The notes under the pieces: generated by a model
The model's database searches: none
What the model was told of the DNA's origin: nothing
What the model saw: only the letters and a program-made list of their open reading frames with translations
Made by a program: the position numbers and the translations under genes
Shown: positions 32,611 to 42,486 of the stretch, piece by piece
Layout of the letters: each line of letters begins with the position of its first letter
Numbering within the stretch: the first letter of the stretch is position 1
Source: Mayamaea pseudoterrestris
Lineage: Eukaryota
Direction of reading: 5' to 3'
DNA length: 64,000 nucleotides
Assembly: GCA_027923505.1 (NCBI GenBank)
Contig: BROI01000014.1
Coordinates: 124,001 to 188,000 of the forward strand

Positions 32611-35371
32611 ATGAACGACGGTTTCCTGCCACCTGGGTCTCTGGAAGCCATGATGATGCAAATGATGATGGACGACGACAGCGACGCTCCAGCTGGACCT
32701 CCGAAGCTGACTTGTCCTCTCTGCAAGACGGAGCACATTTACAAGCCTGCCGACGATTCGCTTCGCCTCGAGGACCGCTGCTCGCACGAGGCCCGCCTCG
32801 TTTATTGCAAAAACACTTGCTCCATTTGCTTGGAGGAGTATGATTCACATGTTGCTTTAAAGTGTGGACATTTGATTTGCGCCAACGATTTTGTCAAGAT
32901 TGGCGGTCGCATGAAGGCCAACGCCATGAAGAGTCTTGCGGCAGTCACGCGCGAGGCGGAGCAAGAGCGACGCCGCGCGTTGGCAGATCGACGACGAGAC
33001 GTGCAGGAGGCGCTACCGGAAAACATTCCGGCGCATCTCATGGCCATGCTGTCGGGTATCGCCAATGGCGGACAACACCCGTTGGCGATGCTTCAGCGAG
33101 CCGCTCAATTTGGATTTAATGCTGAAGATGATGATGATGATGATGACGACGTCGAAGAGGAGGAGGACGACGACGGCTCTACTACAGATGAGGAAATGCC
33201 TCCACTGGCACCTAATGTACGCCGAGGACGCATCGTCGATGACGATGCCGCTAGTGAAAGTAGCAGCAATACCGATTCGGACGATGAATTGCCAGCGTTA
33301 ATTGGACCCAATCAAGAACCAGTTGCCTCCAGTAATATTGGCAATGATAGCGACGACGAGGACGACATACCGGAGTTGCTTCCTCGTGGCCATCGCGCTC
33401 CTGTCGAGCCACCTGGGCGGCCACGAACAAATGCTGCGGCTGTCGTTCCTCATGTCATTATTAGTGTAGGTTATGGTAGTGACGACGACGATGATGACGA
33501 TGATGTGCCGCCAATGATCCCTCGAGGTGATGATTATAGCTCTGCTGGCGACTCGGGTAAGATTTGCGTGTTTGGTTGTGTTATATCAGGCGACTTGCGT
33601 CTACAAATCTTACAAATGCGCTTTTCCTTGCACAGACTCACTACCGGATCTTGAGCAAAATCAACACTTGGTTCATTCATCAAGCGAAGATGGGTCTGAT
33701 GCTTCAGATATCCCACCACCTCTTTCTCGTCGACTTCCTGCTGTCCAAGCGGCTGCCGCTCGTTTACGGACTGCTCGACAAGGATCACGCCGTCGATCAG
33801 GGCAGTCATCTGACGACGATACGTCATCAGATGCTGACTCCATCCCAAGCCTCACGCGCCGCAACGAAGCAAACATTTCCGACGACGATGATGATAGCGA
33901 TGGTCCGCCAGTGTTATTGAATCGTACCACTGGAAATAGCAACGACCGCCAACGAACAAGGCGTGCGGCAGCAGGACGACCATCGTCTGCTCGGAGCAAT
34001 GCCAGTGCTACTCGCCCTCGCACTGCACCGGCAGCTGCTTCGGCGCAGACTAGTGACCCAGCGCGTTCTGGTGACGCCCAAGTCCGACAGACTTATGAGG
34101 AGCATTTACAAGCAGCTCGAGCGAAGGCTACCAAGATGAAGCCCAGTCAGTTGAAAAAGGAGCTTGGCAAAATGGGCGTATCGTACAACCACATTATTGA
34201 AAAGGCGGAACTTATTGAAGCGTACGCAAAGGAAAAGGCACGTCGCAACACTTGTGGGGGACCCCAGCAAGCCGCTGTCAGCAATGCTCTTACTCCTGCT
34301 CCAGTCGATCCGTATGCGGATTTACCCGCACTTGTGCCTGTCTTTGAACCACCAGAGAATGGTGCATGGATTCGTGTGCCCAAAAGCTCCTCTGTGGACG
34401 AGCTTCAGTACATTTACATGGAGGACGGCCAGCTGCGATCGCATTCGATGCATGTGTTTGGTGATGGGTATTCTTACACACCGTTGACGAGCTACGACGG
34501 GTTTTCCTTCCTTCATGCGCAGTCGAATCAAGGCGATGGCGCGCACGAGATTTACCAAGTTCATTGCACAGACCTGAGTTTAAAAATTTTCGAGCCTTCT
34601 ATACCCAGCGATACAACAGTAGAAATGATGCCATGCGGAACCGGTTCCTTTTACATGCTGTATCCTGAAAAGAAGTGGGTGGTTGAATCAACGTTTAAAC
34701 TTGTCTACCGCAGTCAACGCTTACCCAAGCCTCGTACGCTTCTCACCAACGTGCCGTTTTCTACGCGAATGTATACGTGCTCAAGTGGTTTTGTCTGGCT
34801 GGATGTCGGTCGCGACGACACGAACGGTTCTTCGTCGTTCTCATTAGAACCTGGGCTCTGGTATGTAAGTCGATGGGAGACGAAGCATATTTTAACTTCT
34901 GCTGAGCTACCAGATGACGAGAATCGTTTCATCACGGTTGATGCGAAGCGGAATGGACTCTGGTTACTTCTTCCGACCGATGGCGATGTCGATGCCGCGA
35001 CTTGTTCACTGATCCATGTCAGCCGCCATGGCCAAGTACGTAAAAATATTGTAGAGCTTCAATTCTCAAAGGTACAAGCCATTGTAAATGCAGGTGTGCA
35101 CCGGGATGGAGTATTTGTGCATTACAAGATAATGGATCGTTGGAGGCTTGGCTTGGCAATTATGGGGAGACCTACGATCGAAGGTTACGCCGATTGTGCT
35201 CGCCATTCTCAGATTCTCAGCTGTGGTTGGGGAGGAGTATGGATTTGGAGGAAGGGCGGACGACAACGAACATTCAATCTGACATACGTTGACCAGGTGA
35301 GAAAGTCGCATGAGTATGCAACAAGCTTTCCTCGTGACGCAGAGCTCGTGGGACTACAAGAGCAGGACTGA
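32611..35371 (+). CDS. RING-like zinc-finger protein with acidic region, HeH/LEM-like motif and C-terminal beta-rich domain; intron 33557-33635
   Basis: CPLC...CSICLEE...CGHLIC; KMKPSQLKKELGKMGVSYNHIIEKAELIEAY. A GTAAG...CACAG intron joins the two ORFs in frame. Confidence 0.8.
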
Positions 35372-35564
35372 GGAGCAACATATCTCAGTTCAAAGGGATC
35401 TGATGACTCTGTAAACTTTACTGATGATGATGGGTTCCAAGTCAATATTTGATAATATGATTCACTGAATGTCATCGCAGTTGGCAGTACCTTAACTGTA
35501 AAGCACGTTTGTATATTAATCTAATTCAAGGCTTCTACTTGCGCTGAGTACGTTTATGTATATG

Positions 35565-36710
35565 CTACAGCTCGGCGGATTTCTGTTGACGCTCTCGTTC
35601 CTCCTGCAGTCGTCGCTTTGCCACTCGTTCCTTGCGCTTGGCTTCTCGCGCCACGAATTCAGGATTCATACCTATTCCATACATGGGACAGTTCTTGCAG
35701 CCTCTACTGGGACAGTTGTTGCACCGTGGCGCCATGTTGCCACTAATCTTTTGCGCGCCAGTAAACTGGACGGGCCCTCCCACGCGATGTGACATGTTGC
35801 TGCCAAGCTCTCCTTGCGAAACAAGTCGTGCCTTTGGATTCAAATTCTGCCCCCGCCGTTCAATCTCCAGTTCGACAAGTTCATCATACGGAATATAGTG
35901 TATACAGTCGACTGGACAAGTTTCGATAGCCACTTGAATGGTTTCTTCGTCGTCGCCCCACTGCTGAAAGACGCGAGCACGCCCGTGCTCCTGGTCCATG
36001 AAGAAGGTACTTTGGGCAATCATGGCGCAATTGGTGCAGCCAATGCAGGTATATTCGTCAACGTATACCATTTGGCTGCGTATTGGTTCGTTGGTTTCGG
36101 GATCGCGGTCCACCAATGCGTGGCTTTCCACCGTTTGCATGTCAATGTCGTCGACGAACGACTCTTTGCGATACTTCGCCATGCCTTCCACCTCTTCCTT
36201 CTCCAACGCCGTGTCAATGGCAATGCCTAGAGTACTCGCAATAATGTCAGACGGAAAGTTCCATTCCATCATTTCACGAGCCTTGTCGGCGCGCTCCGCT
36301 TCAGTAAGAATGAATTCTGTTTCTTGGCCGGCAATAGACTGAAGGGTATCTAGCCATGTTTCGGCCATGGCGTCATCATCAACTGCGTTCGACAAGGATG
36401 CTTCATTTTGTATATCGTTGGCACTTTTCTCGTCTGTTGGTTCAAAGGTTGACCAGAAGGATCCATCTTCCTTTGCCTCTAGTTGCGCTCGCCAATCTTG
36501 ACTCGTCGCATCATCATTATCAGCGTTGGAAACTGTCCACTGGTTGTCCGCTTTGGACCATTCGCCATCGTCACTTGAATCTGATTGAAAAATTGTTGGT
36601 AAGTGCTTATGTCGAAAAGTGTTCCGTCGAAAAGCGGTAAAGGCTGCCGCCGAAGAACATGGAAGGAAAAAGCACAAGAAGTGGCATCTCTTATTGATAA
36701 TTCTGGTCAT
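35565..36710 (-). CDS. Plastid-targeted ferredoxin-domain protein (single-cluster Fe-S domain like that of plastid DnaJ-Fer proteins)
   Basis: VYVDEYTCIGCTNCAMIAQSTF...GRARVFQQWGD...AIETCPVDCIH. Signal peptide ending AAA-F from ATG 36710. Confidence 0.85.
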   Translation of the reverse strand: MTRIINKRCHFLCFFLPCSSAAAFTAFRRNTFRHKHLPTIFQSDSSDDGEWSKADNQWTVSNADNDDATSQDWRAQLEAKEDGSFWSTFEPTDEKSANDIQNEASLSNAVDDDAMAETWLDTLQSIAGQETEFILTEAERADKAREMMEWNFPSDIIASTLGIAIDTALEKEEVEGMAKYRKESFVDDIDMQTVESHALVDRDPETNEPIRSQMVYVDEYTCIGCTNCAMIAQSTFFMDQEHGRARVFQQWGDDEETIQVAIETCPVDCIHYIPYDELVELEIERRGQNLNPKARLVSQGELGSNMSHRVGGPVQFTGAQKISGNMAPRCNNCPSRGCKNCPMYGIGMNPEFVAREAKRKERVAKRRLQEERERQQKSAEL

Positions 36711-37061
36711 TGCTCGCCTTCTCTGTAGTTTCAAATGAGCTATAGAGTGATTTGCAGCAATATCGTGGATTGAGCATGCAAACGCTGAAAAATGCCTCGT
36801 CTCATTTTGGATTGATTTCGTTGGCCATTTTCGATGCGGAACGCCATGGTCGACCACGCGCACGCGCGACCAAACACGAGCGACGTCAGCAGGAGAACCG
36901 CAGCGACTTTTGCAGCACCAGTACGACACGTTTCGATGAACTCGTCCGTCGCGACCATGAGCAGTTAAAAAGGACTTTGTTGCTTCGTATCGGCGCATCT
37001 ATCGTTGCTTGGCTTGTGCTGGAGTAGCTATATATGTACAGAGTATAGAAAAAGCTGTACT

Positions 37062-38078
37062 ATGGGAAGAGATGGAGTTATAAAAGTATCAGAAGGAGAC
37101 GTGAACGAGTCTGAGACGAGGCAACCAAACGCACCCATCTTTCAGACGCATGTCCGCGAGTTTTTAACTCCGTATCTGCCTCCGCCAGTCGTTCAGGCCA
37201 TTCACAGAATAGATCCAAAGCTCGAGCCTTTTACTGGACCGGAAGCATGTATCACGATTGCATTCTCCCTGCTGGCGTCGTGGATGGTGTTGCTGATCAT
37301 TCGATTCATTGCCTCCAAACGCTTCACTCGAACAGGATCAGCGATTGCAGGCCACGACAACACCAAGAGCTCCTTGCTGCTACATCAAGCCGACGAATTA
37401 AAGTTTGATGCAACCGTTCTACTTGTCGGACCTCCTGATGCCGGCAAGACGCGCCTATACTACCAGCTCATGATGCAAGGCAGCGACGACACATTGCTTA
37501 AAATGCACAGCAATGTTCCGACATTGACTAGTCTCGAACCAAACGTTGGAGTCGTGCACCGAATTCGCTACATTGACTGGCCTGGAATCTCGTCGGTTGC
37601 TGTAAACGATGAAAATACTGCATTTTCCTCCATATGGAAAAGTGTGCCGCGCCTTATCCTCGTGATTGATTCAACACACTCTGGTATGGGACCAGCCGCC
37701 GACGTGTTGTATACACTGCTGCAGGAACTTTACATGGCCAAGCAATCTTCTAAACGAATTAAACATCAGCTGCCGGTCATTTTTGTCGCTTGTCACAAGC
37801 AAGACGTACCCAAGGCCAAGAATCCCAAGCGCATTCAGTTGCAGCTGCGAACAGAACTGGAGCGCCTCCTGCAGGTCAACAAGGCCGCTGCAGCCACTAT
37901 TGCGCAAGATGGAGATGCGGCAACAAAGGAAATTGTGCAATGGTGGCCTGTTGGTGAGCCGCTTGAGCTTGATCAGTTGGATTTCTGCAGATTACACTTT
38001 GCTTCCACGTCGTGCGCCAAGGAAGTGTCGGAAGAGCTTCAAACGTTTTGTAAAAGGGGCGAGCTATCATCGAATTAA
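37062..38078 (+). CDS. SRPRB: Signal recognition particle receptor beta subunit
   Basis: N-terminal TM, then a small GTPase: LLVGPPDAGKT, TLTSLEPN, DWPG, ACHKQD, and IQLQLRTELERL typical of SR-beta. Confidence 0.8.
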   Translation: MGRDGVIKVSEGDVNESETRQPNAPIFQTHVREFLTPYLPPPVVQAIHRIDPKLEPFTGPEACITIAFSLLASWMVLLIIRFIASKRFTRTGSAIAGHDNTKSSLLLHQADELKFDATVLLVGPPDAGKTRLYYQLMMQGSDDTLLKMHSNVPTLTSLEPNVGVVHRIRYIDWPGISSVAVNDENTAFSSIWKSVPRLILVIDSTHSGMGPAADVLYTLLQELYMAKQSSKRIKHQLPVIFVACHKQDVPKAKNPKRIQLQLRTELERLLQVNKAAAATIAQDGDAATKEIVQWWPVGEPLELDQLDFCRLHFASTSCAKEVSEELQTFCKRGELSSN

Positions 38079-38235
38079 GCGCGTGTATTAAAACAACGAA
38101 TGAACTTTATTTGCATGAGTACAACTATCCATGGCGTAAGAGGTGAGCACTACCTATGACGAAAGAATAGCTCTATCACGTCTCATTATAAATTAAGTAT
38201 GTTCATCGCATTACATTGATAAGAATGGGGAAATT

Positions 38236-41200
38236 CTAATCCGAGTAACTGTAGTTTTTCACCCAGAGGCCCTCGTTGATCACCCACTTGAACGTTGCTT
38301 CCTTGCTTGGAGCCTGCATTCCCCACTGATGTCGAGGAACTGGATTGTGGATCGCATTACGGATTTGCGACTCGCACCACATGTCTACCAGCGACGCACT
38401 GTACCCGCCGTCGCCTGCTTGAAAGGATGTGCGAACTAAACAAAGCTGGGCTCTAAGATTAAAGGGGTCAAAATCATCCTCCTTCATCTCCTTCGCTTCG
38501 TCAAAACGCTGACGAAGGTCGTGCACTTCCAGTCGAAATGCATTCCTGACAGGAACAAAAGCCAGTCGCGCCAGGTATCGTCGAAACATTGCGTTTAACG
38601 TTGTCGCAGCCCTTGTTTGCTCATTACTCCGAATGCGCTCCAGTGCTTCAAATGCTTGATGGCGCAAAAAGACCTTTGTCTTGCCCATTTGAATACCAAC
38701 CTTAGCGTAGTCACCACCGTTCAGTCCTCCTTTCTTCCAAGCAGAGGTAGGGCTGATTGGAAGTGGTCGATCCGTGTGCGAATTCGCTTCCGAATTTGAG
38801 TATGCTCTTATTGTACGATTGCTGCTAAACAACAAGGGAGCAGGACAATTCTTGCCGTTACTATCTGCAGCGTCTTTTCCTGAGCTCTTTGGGAAAGGGA
38901 CTGGAGGCAAAGACAAGCCTGCCGCTCTCATCGACCCAACACTTTTCGGCGGGACTTTGTTAGTTTTTTCGGATGTGGCTGGAGAAGTCAACACTTTTGA
39001 TGATAAGGAAGACCAATAATTTTTTGCTTCTGCAGTAGTTGGAATTGTGGTAGGAGCCTCTGACAATGCCGACTCTGATGTGATTGTGCTGTCGTCAGTT
39101 TCAAGTAAGATAAGTTTGCGATATAAAAGCTTGACAAGATCCTTGCATGTAGCTTCCGCATCTGCTGCTGACATCGTGTTATTCTGTGTAGGCCGAGTTA
39201 TTAACCGTTTTGGACTGGTCGAAGCAAACGAGAAATTTCTCGGTCTGCTGTACTGTTTGTTACAAGGCGAGCTGTAAGTCGTTTTCCTGCTTAATTCTTT
39301 CCATGCAAGTGCTCGATAGCGGCGAATAAATTCTGCATGTGGGTAGTGTTGTGTAAATCCAGCCCGCGCAACACGAACAGCTTCAAGAATGCCTCCGCAT
39401 CGTAGCTGGTCAGCAACAACCGCTTGTTCAAATGCGTCAGGCACAAGCGCATCATTCGGCTTGAGACAACGGACAAAGTGAGGCGTTGTCAGATCAATTT
39501 TCTGCCGGAGGATCTTAAGTTGACGTTTAAATTGTTCACCGACTGTCGCTCTACCGACCACAGAATCGGCTCGATGTATCTTGGCAGGAGTAGGCGGCTT
39601 GGTTGTATCAATGATGGGCTGCTGAGTTCGTTGCTCCATGAAACATGCCAGAGAGCGGACAAAGACACTCTTGCTATTGCCCAGTAGCTCGATAGATTCC
39701 TTAGGAAGCTCATCACGATTCTTCTCAACGAATCCTTCCGCAGTATACGCGACGGGCCCAGCATAGTGCAACACCGAAAACTGCAGATTTGCTTGCTGCT
39801 TGCGCGTGGTCACGAACCGAGTCTGGCTTTTGCAACTGTTGTACAAGCTTAACGCAAAAGCTTTATCCGAAGGCCCTGGTGCCCGACACTGATCGTCCAA
39901 GATGCTAAGTATACCGGACCCTCGCTTTTCTAACAGGTCAAGAACGTCTTGATTTTCAGGGAACTCTATGAAACTCCACTCGATGCCCTCTCGTTCGTAC
40001 TCTGCTTGCTCATTCTTTAAGACGAACGCATTGAATTGCTGCTGCAATGCTTCGTTACAGTAGTTGATGCAGAGCTGCTCAAAGCTGTTCCGAACAAACG
40101 ACTCAAAACCAAAGATATCCAAAATGCCGATACTGGCAACCGGTTTGCTAGACGAGCCATTTTTTATGAGGGAGTTGTCGATCTCAGTATCCTCGTCGGC
40201 GATTTGCTCCTTAAAGGCAATTGATTCATTGATGCGCTTGACCAGATAATCGAAAAGACCACTGTAAGTGGCTTTTAACAAGCCTTGGAGTCCTTTGTAG
40301 GCACGATCTTTCTGAAGCGATCGTTTAATTGTATTGTTTCCAGCCTGAATAGTAAAGGAGCAGAGAGATTCGTTCAAAGCTTCTGGTGCAACGCCTAGCA
40401 AAGAACAGACAGGCAGCAAGTGTACATTCATTTTATCCAACGCGCATGTTTCTTCGGAGAGTTCATTGAAAGTCAAATTACTGGCGTGGAGAATGGCGGC
40501 GGTCAAGCCCAATATATCCTTAGCGTCCTCGCTTGTGAACTTCATCGTTTGCAAAGCTTGACGCAACGTGCGATACGTTTCCCTATCGGATACTCCATCG
40601 CGACGTCCGTAGGTGCCGCGGGCAGTCATTTTAAAATCTTCTGGTGTCGCCGTTCGAGCCAAAAAGAAAGCCGTAAGCTCGCGGGCATCCATATCTCCTG
40701 ACAGCAATTCGTAGAATATATGGTAGTTGCGCTCGCCATGAGACTGCGTGACAAGACGGACCTTCTCAAGAAGATAGGTATCAATTTTGGCTCCGACAAG
40801 CTTGCCCGAGCGAGTAAACTGCATATCAATGTATTTACCAAATCGTGACGAGTTGTCATTTCTGACGGTCCGGGCGTTGCCAAAGGATTCGAGAATCGGG
40901 TTGGACTGTAATACTTGTGCCTCGATCGTATCACCACCCGCCGCAGAAATCAAGCTAACACCCGATAAAACATTGTCAGCGTCATTTTTGCTGTTGTTGG
41001 ACAATATTGACTTGCGCCAGGCTGGTGGTTTGGTGGGCGTTTTACCAAGCGAAGACCATGACGGCTGGTCATACGCTCTACTTTTCGACGGCGACATGCG
41101 ACGAGGCGAAGGCATTCCACTACTCCCGGCATTAGTCTCCTTGACTTTAAGATGAGCTCGCTTCTCCGGCGCTTGGAGCTCAGTCGATCGCTGACTCAAT

Positions 41201-41994
41201 GCAGCCAAGTACTTCATGAGAAACTTCGTGGAGACTGTTTTGCCTGAGCCACTCTCTCCAGACACGAGGATACTCTGATTTGCTTGAAGTGAAACTGCAT
41301 TCAGATTTTCTTCCAGCTTGCGCATCATGTTTCGGTAGGAGCTATCAGCAATGGCGTAAACATGTGGAGGCAACTCGGATTTGATGTTTCGCTCAGCTCG
41401 CTCAAAGTACTTCTTCATGACTGACTCGCCGTACAGATTTCGAATACTTTGAAAGGGATTGAGCGCGAGCAACACTGGTCCAGTGTTTGTATAGATTTGG
41501 TCCATGGCATAGCGATGTTGCAAACTTTCCACAACAGCCGGTTCGTGCAAATGTGTGAGAGTGATCAGATCATGTGGCGGCTGTATGATGCCTTCCTCGT
41601 TGCATGGATAGTCATTGCCTAAGACAACCTGTCCAGCTTGAATCGCCGTTGGTGGCAGATTGATCGTTTCGCCATCTTCCGGCGCGTCAGGCAGAGGTGA
41701 ATCGAGCTTGACGACAACCGACTCAGCGTCACTACCCACAAGATATCCCAATCGCCATCCCCACTGAGAGGTTCGGTTATTAGAGCTACCAGACGTATCA
41801 GTGAAGCAGCTGTCATTGTCGGCAAAGCTGTTAAAGGAACTATTCAAACTGCCGTGGAAAGATTGGTTGGAGCTTGCCGTCCGGAAGGATTTGTTCTGCC
41901 TCGAGCTAAATGAGGCATTGTTGCTGCCTTTGAGGCTCTCAATCGCAGATTGTTGGACCCAGATGCGGGTGCTGGAGTCTCGATCGAAGTTCAT
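38236..41994 (-). CDS. Myosin heavy chain with a short tail (unconventional)
   Basis: DLITLTHLHEPAV, GESGSGKT P-loop, LESFGNARTVRNDNSSRFGK, LDIFGFE, FEQLCINYCNE, PHFVRCLKPN, GKTKVFLR, and one IQ-like motif. Start could be 42096. Confidence 0.95.
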   Translation of the reverse strand: MNFDRDSSTRIWVQQSAIESLKGSNNASFSSRQNKSFRTASSNQSFHGSLNSSFNSFADNDSCFTDTSGSSNNRTSQWGWRLGYLVGSDAESVVVKLDSPLPDAPEDGETINLPPTAIQAGQVVLGNDYPCNEEGIIQPPHDLITLTHLHEPAVVESLQHRYAMDQIYTNTGPVLLALNPFQSIRNLYGESVMKKYFERAERNIKSELPPHVYAIADSSYRNMMRKLEENLNAVSLQANQSILVSGESGSGKTVSTKFLMKYLAALSQRSTELQAPEKRAHLKVKETNAGSSGMPSPRRMSPSKSRAYDQPSWSSLGKTPTKPPAWRKSILSNNSKNDADNVLSGVSLISAAGGDTIEAQVLQSNPILESFGNARTVRNDNSSRFGKYIDMQFTRSGKLVGAKIDTYLLEKVRLVTQSHGERNYHIFYELLSGDMDARELTAFFLARTATPEDFKMTARGTYGRRDGVSDRETYRTLRQALQTMKFTSEDAKDILGLTAAILHASNLTFNELSEETCALDKMNVHLLPVCSLLGVAPEALNESLCSFTIQAGNNTIKRSLQKDRAYKGLQGLLKATYSGLFDYLVKRINESIAFKEQIADEDTEIDNSLIKNGSSSKPVASIGILDIFGFESFVRNSFEQLCINYCNEALQQQFNAFVLKNEQAEYEREGIEWSFIEFPENQDVLDLLEKRGSGILSILDDQCRAPGPSDKAFALSLYNSCKSQTRFVTTRKQQANLQFSVLHYAGPVAYTAEGFVEKNRDELPKESIELLGNSKSVFVRSLACFMEQRTQQPIIDTTKPPTPAKIHRADSVVGRATVGEQFKRQLKILRQKIDLTTPHFVRCLKPNDALVPDAFEQAVVADQLRCGGILEAVRVARAGFTQHYPHAEFIRRYRALAWKELSRKTTYSSPCNKQYSRPRNFSFASTSPKRLITRPTQNNTMSAADAEATCKDLVKLLYRKLILLETDDSTITSESALSEAPTTIPTTAEAKNYWSSLSSKVLTSPATSEKTNKVPPKSVGSMRAAGLSLPPVPFPKSSGKDAADSNGKNCPAPLLFSSNRTIRAYSNSEANSHTDRPLPISPTSAWKKGGLNGGDYAKVGIQMGKTKVFLRHQAFEALERIRSNEQTRAATTLNAMFRRYLARLAFVPVRNAFRLEVHDLRQRFDEAKEMKEDDFDPFNLRAQLCLVRTSFQAGDGGYSASLVDMWCESQIRNAIHNPVPRHQWGMQAPSKEATFKWVINEGLWVKNYSYSD

Positions 41995-42486
41995 GGTGAA
42001 ATGGAACAAACACTGACTGCCATTTACAGTACTACGGTAGTCGGAATGATCGGCGACATCAAGTTTGCCGTGGACCTCCCCCCAATGCATCGCCATTCGC
42101 CATGGTATCTTTTCATCTCTAATTTGCGCTTTGTGAGCGCGGGCCGATTAGCCAATCACGCGTACCCCTGCGCTCTTCACAATTTTAGCTATGTATAAAG
42201 CGCCTGTTATATTGGTACATGCGGCTATTCGTTGCTACCGATACACCCACCACGATGCGACAGCTGATGATTTAACTTAATACTTGATAATGATAATAAC
42301 TAGGTGATCGAGTCGATTCTATGTGATGCACAAATCTACTGGTGCATACTCTACCGGTATCCCACAGCAAAACAACCGCTTTGCAACCTCTTTCTACCCG
42401 ACTTATCCTACAATTAACAGTCGTTATCGATTCAAAATAACAGTTAAGACTATATAAAGCTTATATCTCACAATAAGGTCCGATGT

